Shown: one piece after another, positions 28,113 through 38,119 of the stretch
Layout: each line of letters opens with the position of its first letter
Numbering within the stretch: the stretch's first letter is position 1
NCBI GenBank assembly: GCA_965267575.1
Contig: OZ254086.1
Span: forward strand, 736,001-800,000
From: Calditrichales bacterium
GTDB taxonomy: Bacteria > Calditrichota > Calditrichia > Calditrichales > J004
DNA length: 64,000 nt
Reading direction: 5' to 3'
Program-made: the position numbers and the translations under genes
Notes under the pieces: model-generated
Databases searched by the model: none
The model's input: only the letters and a program-made list of their open reading frames with translations
Told to the model about the DNA's origin: nothing

Positions 28113-29558
28113 TCAATTCCCCGTGACGCGGTAAACGGGCAGCGCCCGGCCCGGCAACGCCAGTTCGCGGAAAGGCTGCCACTCGTAAATGCCGTACAAC
28201 ATCGCCGGTTCCAGCAGCAGCGGCACGCGCAGGGCATGCGGCTGGCTCATGGGCACGTAAAGGCTGCCTTTGCCAAAAGTGATCAGGCTGTCTTTTTGCA
28301 GGGTGACAATCTGCCGGCCGTCATAGCGATTATAGATAGCATCGAACTCTGTTTCCAGGCGCTCAAAACGGGCGGCTTGTACGAGAATGTCACGTTCACC
28401 TTCCAAGACTTCAAACTGCAGCGCCTGCCGCTCCAGCCAGGCTTTAAAAACGGCGGCAGCCGAAGCATCGATGAGGTAGCCCTGCGGCGCGGGCACGCTG
28501 CGTTTTATCACGCGTGTTTTCATAAAGTTGGGCGTGGCGATTGTTTTGACGGTCCCGGAAGCTTTATCGATCACCTTCACATCATACAGCGTCGGGCCCG
28601 TGTTGGCCCAAAAGTAGTTAACCGGAATAAAAGCGGGTGGTTGCGCGGCGTGGGCCTGTTCAATTAAGCGACGTTCTTCCGCGCGGTGCGTATCATCATG
28701 CAGCAGCCTGTCAAAGATCGCCAGGTAGGCCTCAACGCGTTTTATCAGGTCAGCCTGCGGATCGGGCGCGTTACGCTTAATACCGGATTCGATGATAAAT
28801 GACAGACCGCCGTATGCCCCAAGGCCGTTACGTCCGTCATCAGCCTCCAACGTGCTAAAACGCTGTTCCTGCAGCGGCGGCACCCCGCCCACATAGTAGC
28901 GCGTATAGTTGATTCCTTTCGCGGCCATGAACGGTTCTATCTTTTCACACCAGCGCTGGCCGGCCATGAACAGTTCTTTGCTGTAGAGCGGATTATTGGC
29001 GCAATCCATCATAATGATCGGCCACTCGCTCCAGCCATTTTCGGCATAGTCGCGGCTATCGCGCCCAAACTCGTGGCAGTCCACGGCCACGTGCGGCAAG
29101 ATGCGGCGAAACGTTTCGTGCAATATGCGCGTCTCCGGCTGTTGCATCACGATATGGTCGCGGTTCAGATCGGCATCGTTGGCATTGCGCCGGCGGTCGG
29201 CACTGTTGCCGTCCGGGTTAACCGAGGGGATGATCCACAGCTCCACGTCATCCGGTAAATAGCCGGGGTCCGTGGCGATTTTTTTAATAAGCGCCGCCAG
29301 GGCGTCTTTGCCGGCGTGTTCGTTGCCGTGCTGCTGGCCGTATAAAAATACCTTCCATGGTTGTTTGTCCCGGCCTCCATGATACAGATGTACAAGAAAC
29401 AGCGGATTGTTATTTACGCTGTATCCGGCGGTATCCACGCTGATAAACGATTGTCGGGCCGCCGTATTCAGGACTTCGCCGATCTGTTCATTGCTGAGCG
29501 TTTGTGCCTGGATATGGCAAAAGGCCAGAAATATAAACAGGAAAAGTTGTCTCATCAT
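28113..29558 (-). CDS. Exported M14-family zinc carboxypeptidase/amidase
   Basis: Signal peptide; QQHGNE (HxxE), NPDG, RRNAN..DLNRD, DCHE. Confidence 0.85.
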   Translation of the reverse strand: MMRQLFLFIFLAFCHIQAQTLSNEQIGEVLNTAARQSFISVDTAGYSVNNNPLFLVHLYHGGRDKQPWKVFLYGQQHGNEHAGKDALAALIKKIATDPGYLPDDVELWIIPSVNPDGNSADRRRNANDADLNRDHIVMQQPETRILHETFRRILPHVAVDCHEFGRDSRDYAENGWSEWPIIMMDCANNPLYSKELFMAGQRWCEKIEPFMAAKGINYTRYYVGGVPPLQEQRFSTLEADDGRNGLGAYGGLSFIIESGIKRNAPDPQADLIKRVEAYLAIFDRLLHDDTHRAEERRLIEQAHAAQPPAFIPVNYFWANTGPTLYDVKVIDKASGTVKTIATPNFMKTRVIKRSVPAPQGYLIDASAAAVFKAWLERQALQFEVLEGERDILVQAARFERLETEFDAIYNRYDGRQIVTLQKDSLITFGKGSLYVPMSQPHALRVPLLLEPAMLYGIYEWQPFRELALPGRALPVYRVTGN

Positions 29559-30961
29559 CAGCTCCCCACAATGGTTTCATCTTCGCGTACGCGCGGGGCT
29601 ATGGCGATACCGGTGAACCCGTAAAGTATGGCAAAAACAATCCCAAGATAACACATAAAAGACCAGGGTGCGTAGCTTAAAACCGGTACTCCCAGCGTTG
29701 CCGACATAAAAATGCCGGCCATGCTCCACGGTACCAGCGGCACCACCACCGTGCCGGAGTCTTCCGTGGTACGTGACAGGTTTTTAGCAGCCAGATTGCG
29801 GGCGCGAAAGGCCGGCGCAAACAGCTCGCCCGGGATCAATATGGCCAAAAAAGAGCTGCCGGTAATAAAAGCGATTACCGCGCTGCCCAGCGCCGAACTG
29901 GTTATCAGCATACCGACGGATGAAACAAATTGCAGCAGTTTATCGAGAATGGCCTGCAGCATGCCCGTGGCCTGCACGATGCCGGCAAAGGCAAAAGCGC
30001 AAAAAGCGATCAGCGTAACATCCATCATGCTCATCATGCCGCCGCGGTTAAGCAGGGTATCGGTCAGCTCAAAGCCGGTACTGATGCTGTAGCCGTTGGT
30101 CAGCGCGTTGAACACGTCCACAAAGCCCATGCCCTGGATGGTGCCGGCAAAAACCACGGCAAGCGCCGTCGCGGCAATCATGCCCGGGATGGTGGGCAGC
30201 TTGCGCACGGCAAAAAATAGGATCAGCACGGGCGGCGTAAACAACCACCAGCTAAACGTAAAATTGGCCGAGAGGTTATCCAGAATCAGATTGATCTGAT
30301 CGACCGGCAGAACGCGGTCGCCGTAGCCCAGGCCGATGAAAAAGTAGATAACCATGCCGATAAGCCAGGCCGGGACGGTTGTCCACAAAAGATGGCGGAT
30401 ATGGTCGAACAGGTTGCTGCCCGCGGCAATGGGCGCCAGGTTGGTCGTATCGGAAAAAGGCGACAGTTTATCGCCAAAATAGGCGCCGGTGATAATGGCG
30501 CCGGCAGCAGGGGCCAATGGAATACCCAGCCCCTGGGCTATGCCGATAAAGGCAATCCCGATAGTGCCTACGGTGCCCCACGAGGTACCTATAAAAAGCG
30601 AAACCACGCTGCACACCAGGCAGGCGGTGATCAGAAAATAGTCCGGTGAGATAAGCTTAAGGCCGTACCAGATCAGCATGGGGATGGTGCCGCTGGCAAT
30701 CCATGAACTGATAAGGAAGCCGACGCAGATGACGATCAGCATGGCCGGCAGCGCCTGGCGCACTGATTCGACAATACCCTGTTCCATCTGCTTCCAGCTA
30801 TAGCCCAGCCACAGCCCGATGAGCCCGGCAACAGCGGCGGCGGCAATAAGCAGCACTTCGGCGCGGACACGGAAAAAGCCGTAACCTACACCCAGCAGCA
30901 AGCCCATCACCAGTAAGGGAATCAGGCTAAGGCCAAAAGACGGTTTGCGTGGTTCTTTCAA
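29558..30961 (-). CDS. nhaC: NhaC-family antiporter (likely organic/amino-acid substrate)
   Basis: WIASGTIP, GTSWGTVGT.G, GAYFGDKLSPFSDTTN, RGGMMSM, SRTTEDSGT, PW; start moved to TTG 30961 because the annotated extension runs through a terminator hairpin. Confidence 0.85.
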   Translation of the reverse strand: MKEPRKPSFGLSLIPLLVMGLLLGVGYGFFRVRAEVLLIAAAAVAGLIGLWLGYSWKQMEQGIVESVRQALPAMLIVICVGFLISSWIASGTIPMLIWYGLKLISPDYFLITACLVCSVVSLFIGTSWGTVGTIGIAFIGIAQGLGIPLAPAAGAIITGAYFGDKLSPFSDTTNLAPIAAGSNLFDHIRHLLWTTVPAWLIGMVIYFFIGLGYGDRVLPVDQINLILDNLSANFTFSWWLFTPPVLILFFAVRKLPTIPGMIAATALAVVFAGTIQGMGFVDVFNALTNGYSISTGFELTDTLLNRGGMMSMMDVTLIAFCAFAFAGIVQATGMLQAILDKLLQFVSSVGMLITSSALGSAVIAFITGSSFLAILIPGELFAPAFRARNLAAKNLSRTTEDSGTVVVPLVPWSMAGIFMSATLGVPVLSYAPWSFMCYLGIVFAILYGFTGIAIAPRVREDETIVGS

Positions 30962-30979
30962 AACGGTTTTCCTAAAGTT

Positions 30980-31009
30980 AAAAAGGCGGGGAAAAGACCC
31001 CGCCTTTTT
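30980..31009. terminator. Intra-operon intrinsic terminator
   Basis: Perfect 12-bp inverted repeat AAAAAGGCGGGG-AAAAGA-CCCCGCCTTTTT, 24 nt past the stop of 31034-32368. Confidence 0.8.
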
Positions 31010-31033
31010 GTCCAACTCCATTTGTCGTGTTCC

Positions 31034-32368
31034 TTACTTAACGAGCAGCATTTTGCCGCTAAGACTGATGCCGGAGCCGTGCAGGCGGTAAAAGTAGACA
31101 CCTGACGAAACGTTGTTGCCATTATCGTCCAGGCCATTCCATACAGCTTGGTTGTCGCCGGCCGGTGTGCTGCCGGAAACAAGCGTCCGTACTCTCTTGC
31201 CGCTGATGTCATAGACAGCCAGCGTAATATCGCGTGCTTTGTCCAGTGAGAATTCGATAGTGGTACTGGGGTTGAACGGGTTCGGGTAATTTTTGTCCAG
31301 ACGAACCGTTTGCGGCGCGCGGATCACTTCATCTTCCAGACCGGTAATCAGACCGGTAATGTGAACAATACCTTCAGATTCCGTGGAAACCCAGATTTCG
31401 TTGTCCTTGATCTCCAGATGGGTCAAAACATCCTGCGGGATCTTGTCGGCTGTTGAAGCTGAATCGTATTGCGTAAATGAGCCGTCATCCTGCAGGGCGA
31501 TCAACCCGCCGCCGTTTGTGGCCAGCCACAAGGTGCCGTTTACATCCGCTTCCAGATCGTTGATGTCGTATTGCAGAGCATCGCTCCACTCGGAATCATA
31601 AAAGGTCACGGTACCATTGTTTTCGATTTTTACCAGTTCCAGGTTGCCATTGATCGGCACCCACAGATTGTCGTTGGGATCGATGGTCATGGCGTAGGTC
31701 CAGTCACCTTCGATTTCCGAGATCAGGTTCCAGTCGCCGTTGGTGTCGCGGTAGCTTACACCGTACCAGGTCAAAACCCAAAGCTGACCCTGGGTGTCTT
31801 CACGCAGGTCATAAATCTCGGGGCGGGCATCCTGCTGTGTAAGCGTATAACCCAAATCAGCCATGGACCAGCCTTCCCAGTTTTCGCCATGGTCGCTGCT
31901 TACCCAAACGCGGGCGTTTTCACGATCGTCTTCACGCTGGCTGATGTAGATGTTGCCTTTAGAGTCAGTTTCAACAGTACGTGTGTATTTGTCAAAAGTA
32001 AAATCCACGTAGCCGCTGGTGCCATCGCTCTTTTTGTAAGACACGCCGTAGTGTGTGCACATCCACATAGTGTTTTCGTCATCGACGGCCATGTAGAATA
32101 CGCGGTCCTCCAGATCACTAAGTCCAAGATCGCTCTGCTCCCAGATCGTCCAGCCGGAAAGGTCAGCGGCCAGCGTGGAAACAGTCGCCACACCGGTGGC
32201 AGCGTCTTTTTGTCCGCCAAACCAGATATCGCCGTCAAGATCAAAATCGATGCAGTAAATGGCGTTGTATGGTAATTCGCTGTTATCGTGCGTATACAGC
32301 GTGTATTCCTGCGCCGACGAAAAAGCGGCGAAAAGGAACAAACTTAAAACGGTCACTAAACGGGTCAT
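31034..32368 (-). CDS. Secreted beta-propeller protein with FlgD-Ig C-terminal sorting domain
   Basis: Signal peptide; repeated D..G.(I/L)W...GV blades (two-component-regulator-propeller-like); NYPNPFNPST...WNGLDDNG...SGVYFYRL. Confidence 0.8.
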   Translation of the reverse strand: MTRLVTVLSLFLFAAFSSAQEYTLYTHDNSELPYNAIYCIDFDLDGDIWFGGQKDAATGVATVSTLAADLSGWTIWEQSDLGLSDLEDRVFYMAVDDENTMWMCTHYGVSYKKSDGTSGYVDFTFDKYTRTVETDSKGNIYISQREDDRENARVWVSSDHGENWEGWSMADLGYTLTQQDARPEIYDLREDTQGQLWVLTWYGVSYRDTNGDWNLISEIEGDWTYAMTIDPNDNLWVPINGNLELVKIENNGTVTFYDSEWSDALQYDINDLEADVNGTLWLATNGGGLIALQDDGSFTQYDSASTADKIPQDVLTHLEIKDNEIWVSTESEGIVHITGLITGLEDEVIRAPQTVRLDKNYPNPFNPSTTIEFSLDKARDITLAVYDISGKRVRTLVSGSTPAGDNQAVWNGLDDNGNNVSSGVYFYRLHGSGISLSGKMLLVK

Positions 32369-32393
32369 AATGACTCCTCCTTATTATGAAACT

Positions 32394-33389
32394 TTACAGT
32401 GAAATGCCAAGAGCAAAGCGGTGCACATCACCAAGCACACCGTGTTCGGCAAAAGCGTAATCCAGCCTCGAAGCGGCGCCAAACATGCCAAGCGCCAGTC
32501 CCCCGCCAAAAGAGAATTCTCCGATATCGTAGTTCATTTTGTAGGCGGCGCGCAAAAAGGCCAGGTTGTTAAGGCCGTATTCCGTGGCAAAAGTGATGCG
32601 TTGTTCATTATCGCTGGGCACGTTTACATCGGCCATTACAAGCCAGGTCGATGATTCAAACTCCATCGGTTCAAAGGCCACGCCCATCTGAAAAATCTGT
32701 GGCAGGCGAAACTCCTTGCTCAGCCTCTCAATACGCGGATTGTTGTCCGTGCTGATCGCTTTTTCTTCGGCGATCTTTCTGTCTATATCATCACCGGAGA
32801 AACTGAGTTTACCGGCCACGTTGCGGATGGCCATACCCAGGCGGATGTTGAGAAATTCCGCTTTGTAAACGGAGCCCACGTCAAAAGCAACCTGGTCGGC
32901 TGTCTCATTCCAGATAAATTCCTGCACGTATTTAACCGTAATGCCAAAAGAAAAGCTGGAAGTAAGCGAGCGCGCGTAGGTGGCGCCAATGGCAATGTCG
33001 CCGGCGCTGTAATATTCGCCGGTGCCGTCCTGATCAAATACGGTTGTTATCTCCTCATCATCCATGTAGAACGAGGTTACCGAAAGCCCAATGCTGCCCA
33101 GGTCTTGCCCCAGGTTATGAACGATGCCGCCATAAGCCAGCTTGGTATCCAGGAACCAGTCGGTGTGCGCCAGAAGCAGATCGGTATTCTCTACCTGCGC
33201 GGCCCCGGCAGGATTCCAGTAGAGGGCTTCGGCGCCGTTGGTAAGGGCCGTAAGCGCGCCACCCAGAGAAGCGCCGCGCGGGTCTACGGCAATCTGCAGA
33301 AAGTTTGCGCCGCTTTGCCCCAGGTTACCCTGCGCCAACAGGGGTGTGCCTGCGCAAAAGACGAGTAATAAAATTACAATACGTTTCAT
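32394..33389 (-). CDS. PorV/PorQ-family outer-membrane beta-barrel
   Basis: ANFLQI.VDPR...LGGA, ALYWNPAG, HT.W, FDVG, C-terminal LDYA...LG.VHRF. Confidence 0.82.
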   Translation of the reverse strand: MKRIVILLLVFCAGTPLLAQGNLGQSGANFLQIAVDPRGASLGGALTALTNGAEALYWNPAGAAQVENTDLLLAHTDWFLDTKLAYGGIVHNLGQDLGSIGLSVTSFYMDDEEITTVFDQDGTGEYYSAGDIAIGATYARSLTSSFSFGITVKYVQEFIWNETADQVAFDVGSVYKAEFLNIRLGMAIRNVAGKLSFSGDDIDRKIAEEKAISTDNNPRIERLSKEFRLPQIFQMGVAFEPMEFESSTWLVMADVNVPSDNEQRITFATEYGLNNLAFLRAAYKMNYDIGEFSFGGGLALGMFGAASRLDYAFAEHGVLGDVHRFALGISL

Positions 33390-33407
33390 GGGCTTTTCAC
33401 TCCTGTT

Positions 33408-35288
33408 TTATCGAATTATGGCAAAACGGCCTACTTTTTCGCCGAGGTCCGATTTGACGTGGTAAAAATAGATGCCCGATACAACCGGTCGCTGCTCGGA
33501 CGACAACATGTTCCACTCCAGCCGGCCGGAAGGACCGCTATGCTGCAGCGTCTGTACCAGATCGCCGTCGACCGTGTATATTTTTACGGTGGATTGCGCC
33601 GGCAGGTTGGTAAAGCTGACGTTGCGTACCGGCTCGCCGAAGGCGTAATTGCCCAGGCGCTCTTCGTCCCAGCGCGCCGAGATAACAAAAGGATTGGGCA
33701 CAACGCGTATCTTGTCCATATCCGCTTTGGTTTGCGCAGGATTGCTAACGGGTTGCACGATAGCGGCATTCTTTACGTTATCAATATTATCCAGCGAGCC
33801 AAGCCGGTTGGATTCCTCGATCAGTCCGGCGGCATTCTCGCGGTATGCGGATACATTATAGATGTAGCTGAATCCATTATAAACGGCGTCGGTGTCCTGG
33901 TACTGGTAGGCGTTTTCAACATAAACGGAATCACCGGTATAAGTTGCTGGGATGGTATCGAGCGCTTCCCATTGCTTTAGTGCCACCTGGTCCGTGGTGC
34001 GATAGACAATGTAGCCTTGCAGATCGGGGTCATCCAGTTCCACCTGGTTGTCCCAGGAAAGATCAACGGCGTGGTCATTGGCGGTGGCTTTTACGGTTGG
34101 CGCGCCCACAACCGGAATATTAAAGTCAGGATAGTAATCCCAGAGCTGATCGATATTAGCCATAAGGTCTTCGATGTTGTCACCTACGGAAACAGCGACC
34201 CAGAACTCGGCACGTTCACCGGGCTGGATATCAAAGGGGCCGTTGGCAATATATGCGACCATGGCGCCGCCGACTAGATTGCCGTCTTCATCGGTGATGC
34301 GTGTCGTCTCGGGGTCGTCGTAACGGGTCCCGTTAATCGGATTGTCGCCAAGATGGAAATAATCGCTTACTTCCACATCCGGGTGATCGTGGAACCAGGT
34401 GGTATCCGAGCGCATCAGGTTGTAGCTGAGGCTGTCCCAGAAAGCGGCATTAACGCGCACTTCATCCACGGCCACGTCAATCCAGTGCCAGTCGGTTATA
34501 CCGTTATTATTGGGCGTCTGCAGAAAGGTGATGCCAACCGGGAAGGGGTAATTGTTTTCGTCGTTGATCCATTCGTCGCTGACACCATCGGAATCATAAA
34601 AATAGATCGTTTCACGGTCTTTGTCGAAACCGATGCAATCATCCGCCCATTCGCGGGCGTCGTTGGCGTTTCCGCCCACATCGATGTCAGAGTAGAAGTT
34701 AAAATACATATCTTGCAGCGGCCGGGCAGAGGCGTTTTCGATTTCAAATTTCAAAACGATAAAACGATCCGCTGTCGGAACACCCCAGGCGTAGGTGGTC
34801 TGGTGAACGCGAATGCCCATCAGCGCGTCCTGCTCGCCATTATTGGCATAGCGCCAGTTGGTGGAATCGCTGAAAACACAATAGCTGTCCTGCTGCGACA
34901 AAATGATCGGATTGCCGTTTTCATCCTGCACGGGCCATCCCCATGTGGGCCAGGTGCTGGGATCATCGCTGATGGCGATTTCTGCATTGCCGGCATCGTA
35001 ACCGCCGATGGCGTCAAATTCCTCGTAGCGGCCGTCTGCAGCACTGATGACATTGTAGGGAACGCCGATCATCAGGCATTGGCGGTACATGGCGATATGC
35101 CCGCTGTTGATCGGGTATTCCAGCGTTTTTTCAAATTGCCCGCCATAGGGATAAAACTGGCCGATATTGGTTGTAAACCATCCCAGACGCCCCACGTTAT
35201 GCGTGGCGAAGGCACGGTCTTCAAGCCCGGCATAAGAAAAGGCAACGGAAAGCAAAATTGCCGAAATGAGCGTTTTAAAAAGCTTCAA
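33408..35288 (-). CDS. Secreted acidic protein with FN3-like domain and VPNP-type C-terminal sorting domain
   Basis: Signal peptide (TTG start, AGGAGG RBS); DIDVG...DDCIGFD motif; V.LSW...GY.VYR; IRVVPNPF...IYTVDGDLV...SGIYFYHV. Confidence 0.75.
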   Translation of the reverse strand: MKLFKTLISAILLSVAFSYAGLEDRAFATHNVGRLGWFTTNIGQFYPYGGQFEKTLEYPINSGHIAMYRQCLMIGVPYNVISAADGRYEEFDAIGGYDAGNAEIAISDDPSTWPTWGWPVQDENGNPIILSQQDSYCVFSDSTNWRYANNGEQDALMGIRVHQTTYAWGVPTADRFIVLKFEIENASARPLQDMYFNFYSDIDVGGNANDAREWADDCIGFDKDRETIYFYDSDGVSDEWINDENNYPFPVGITFLQTPNNNGITDWHWIDVAVDEVRVNAAFWDSLSYNLMRSDTTWFHDHPDVEVSDYFHLGDNPINGTRYDDPETTRITDEDGNLVGGAMVAYIANGPFDIQPGERAEFWVAVSVGDNIEDLMANIDQLWDYYPDFNIPVVGAPTVKATANDHAVDLSWDNQVELDDPDLQGYIVYRTTDQVALKQWEALDTIPATYTGDSVYVENAYQYQDTDAVYNGFSYIYNVSAYRENAAGLIEESNRLGSLDNIDNVKNAAIVQPVSNPAQTKADMDKIRVVPNPFVISARWDEERLGNYAFGEPVRNVSFTNLPAQSTVKIYTVDGDLVQTLQHSGPSGRLEWNMLSSEQRPVVSGIYFYHVKSDLGEKVGRFAIIR

Positions 35289-35306
35289 GAGCGCCTCCTT
35301 ATGGAA

Positions 35307-37823
35307 TTAATAGTCAAACCTGAAACCAAGGTAGATTAAACGGGGACTACCGTAGTTAAGCGGGTTGTTGGCCCAGTCGCGCGTACGGCCTTCGATGTAA
35401 TCCGGTTGGCCGGTAAACGGATCGACATAGAGCACGTTTTCGCGGTCGGTCAGATTGAACACCTCGAGATAACCGGTCAGGTCAAAGGCATCCATTTGAA
35501 ATTTGCGATCCAGCTTCAGATCAATAGTCCAGTACTCCGGCAGGCGGCGATTGTTTACTTCGTAAGGTTCCACAATACTGCGCGTGCCTTTGGTATAAGG
35601 CAGGCCGCTCCCATACTGGAAAAGCAATGTGGTGCGTATATTCTCCAGCAAGGCGAAACCGCCAACTTCAGGCCCTTCATTTTCCAGGAAACGGTAGCTG
35701 AGGTAGCCGTTTATGGTATGGCGCTGGTCAAAATCCAGCGGGAAAAATTTCAGGCTCTGGCGGTTGGCCTCTTCCGAGCCAACGCGCTCCAGCGGACCGG
35801 AGCTGCTGCCTTCGGCAACAGAGTAGGTGTAGCTGAGCTCGCCAAACAGGTTTTTTCCGCGCGACTTCTTGATCTGCAGTTCGAGACCGTTGTTGTAGGC
35901 GAAATCCTCATTCACAAGCGCCGTCCATGTTTCCCAGTAAGGCACGCCGTCGCGGGATACATCGCCGGCAAAGAAGGTGCGCGCACCGGTCAGGTTAGTG
36001 ATCTTTTTGCTATAAACGGACACATTAACCAGGTAATCTTCCATAAACTGGTGGCTCAGGCCAAACTCATACGCCACTGTTTTTTCGGGCTTCAGGTTGG
36101 GATTGCCAAAACGGCCGTTTCCGGCGCGCAGATTCATCACGATGTTTTGATCGTAATTGTCATCGCTCAGCGCTTTATAGATAAACTGGTATTCCGGGCG
36201 CTGAAAATAGTGGCCGTAGCCAAAATGAAATACGGTCTTTTCGCTAACCGGGTAACTAATACCAAGCCGCGGACTGAGCTGCGTGTGCGTTTCCGCGGAT
36301 TTAAAGTTTTCCGTATTGTTTTGGAAAGCGTCATAGGGTGATTCCCAGAAATCGGTATTGGGATTGGTGAGATCAAAACGCAATCCGGCGCTTAACAGAA
36401 TATTTGAGAAATTAATTTTATCCTGGATATATGCGGAAAACTCATAAGGCTCTACACTGTAATTATCCAGAGTGTGGTCATCATAATAAGGCGATACGAT
36501 CAGATATTCGTCCAGGTAATGCTGCCTTACTTCAACGCCGGCTTTTATCTCATTATAGTTGTTGGCCTGCCACAAACCATCTGCCTTAATACCAAAAGTA
36601 AGCTGATCCGTCTCTTCAAAACTGCTGACGGTGGCGGAGGTATAAAACTCTTTATTATTGTCCAATGTATAGGCCGGGGTTAAATCTCCGGGTCCGTATT
36701 CGCCGGAATCATAATGGAACGAATTGGCATAGGCCGCAGCCGTATAATACATGTTATCGGACAACGTATGGGTCATTGAAAAATTGACCATGCCCGAGTT
36801 TGTGCGTGGTTCGGGAAAATACTGCTCTTCGATATATTTAAAGCTGTGGCGATAACTTTTGCGCTGGCGGTCGGAGATGTTGCCGGATACGGACAGCTTA
36901 ATGTTATTCATATGCCGCGATGTGATCTTGCCAAATATGTTGTATTGCGTGTTGTAGCCCCAGGGCAAATAGGTATCGCGGTCATCAAAACTGCCGGAAA
37001 CGAAAAAGCCCAGATTGGGGTCGAACAGCGAGCCACTGAAATTGGAGCGCACAATAGTTCTGTTGTAATCGGTACTGGCCTGTTCAAAACCTGCTGCCGT
37101 CGATCTCACATCCACATCAAAACCGAACTCGCCGCGCCCTTCCTGCGTGGTGATGTTGATAATCCCGCTCATGGCGTTACCGTATTCGGCGCTGTACGTA
37201 CCGCTGATCACCTGCATTTCGCTGATGATATCTTTATTAATAATCTCCGTGGAGTTGATTTCGCTGAACAGCGGGTTAACCATAGGCACACCGTCCACGT
37301 AGTAGACAACCTCTCCGGAGCGGCCGCCGCGGAAATGTAACCCTCCGCTGTTTACCACTCCGGGCTGTATGGCCAGTACTTCATTGACACTATTGGCGGG
37401 CACCAGCTCCATCTCCTCGGAAGAGAGGCTGCGCGTGGTGGCTGAAATATCTTTTTCAACAAGCGGGCGCTCGGCCACAACGGTGACCGCTTCACTCTCC
37501 AGAACACCGGAAGAAAGTGCAATATCCACCACGGCAATACGGTTACTGCGCACGCGCACATCGGCGATTGTCTTGCTGACATAGCCCACGTAATCAATTT
37601 GCAGGTCATATGTACCGGGCGGCACCTGGAGAATGACAAAATAGCCTTCGATGTCTGTTGCGGCGCCCTGCTTCAGTTCCTCGATGTAAACATTGGCGCC
37701 GGGCAGCACTTCCCCGGTCTGGGCATCTGTGACCACACCGGATATTTTTCCGAAGTTGCCGGCGTGGGCCGCAACGCAAGCAATTAAAAACCATAAAGCT
37801 GCTCGCAATGAAATCTTTAGCAT
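35307..37823 (-). CDS. TonB-dependent receptor with N-terminal carboxypeptidase-regulatory-like domain
   Basis: GKISG.VTDA.TGE.LPGANV, RGGRSGE..YYVDG plug, SAEYGNAMSG, SPRLG, GNPNLKPE, C-terminal PR...LG.RFDY. Confidence 0.9.
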   Translation of the reverse strand: MLKISLRAALWFLIACVAAHAGNFGKISGVVTDAQTGEVLPGANVYIEELKQGAATDIEGYFVILQVPPGTYDLQIDYVGYVSKTIADVRVRSNRIAVVDIALSSGVLESEAVTVVAERPLVEKDISATTRSLSSEEMELVPANSVNEVLAIQPGVVNSGGLHFRGGRSGEVVYYVDGVPMVNPLFSEINSTEIINKDIISEMQVISGTYSAEYGNAMSGIINITTQEGRGEFGFDVDVRSTAAGFEQASTDYNRTIVRSNFSGSLFDPNLGFFVSGSFDDRDTYLPWGYNTQYNIFGKITSRHMNNIKLSVSGNISDRQRKSYRHSFKYIEEQYFPEPRTNSGMVNFSMTHTLSDNMYYTAAAYANSFHYDSGEYGPGDLTPAYTLDNNKEFYTSATVSSFEETDQLTFGIKADGLWQANNYNEIKAGVEVRQHYLDEYLIVSPYYDDHTLDNYSVEPYEFSAYIQDKINFSNILLSAGLRFDLTNPNTDFWESPYDAFQNNTENFKSAETHTQLSPRLGISYPVSEKTVFHFGYGHYFQRPEYQFIYKALSDDNYDQNIVMNLRAGNGRFGNPNLKPEKTVAYEFGLSHQFMEDYLVNVSVYSKKITNLTGARTFFAGDVSRDGVPYWETWTALVNEDFAYNNGLELQIKKSRGKNLFGELSYTYSVAEGSSSGPLERVGSEEANRQSLKFFPLDFDQRHTINGYLSYRFLENEGPEVGGFALLENIRTTLLFQYGSGLPYTKGTRSIVEPYEVNNRRLPEYWTIDLKLDRKFQMDAFDLTGYLEVFNLTDRENVLYVDPFTGQPDYIEGRTRDWANNPLNYGSPRLIYLGFRFDY

Positions 37824-37848
37824 AAGGCTCTCCGCGTGAAGGTGAATA

Positions 37849-38081
37849 CGAAAATAAAGTTACACAAAGATATATTCACGTAATTTTTTTGTCAAGTTGA
37901 ATTTTAAGAATCGGCATCCCATTAACTGGAAAAGGCACGTAAATTACTGTTAATATTAGATTTAATGCCATATATATAAATTTATGCATCTGATAATCGT
38001 GTTATTTTTCTGCTTATTTCCACAAATTGAACCAAATGAGTAATGAAAAAAAAGCATATTGTTTTTGTAATTATTTTTTCA
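37849..38081. promoter_or_regulatory. Divergent promoter region with three copies of a YGTAA-N6-TKTCR box (candidate RpiR operators)
   Basis: 37849-37864 (reverse complement TGTAACTTTATTTTCG), 37879-37894 CGTAATTTTTTTGTCA, 38066-38081 TGTAATTATTTTTTCA. Confidence 0.45.
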
Positions 38082-38119
38082 TATGATTAGAAAAATGATT
38101 TTTAAGTTTCAGGCTTATC

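Noticed and set aside
28088-28237. Cys-rich N-terminal extension of the S51 ORF (MPCACRCC...)
   Set aside because: Overlaps the M14 gene in another frame; the signal peptide starts at ATG 28087
34353-36341. 328-aa and 311-aa + strand ORFs opposite the TBDR locus
   Set aside because: Antisense shadows of well-supported - strand genes
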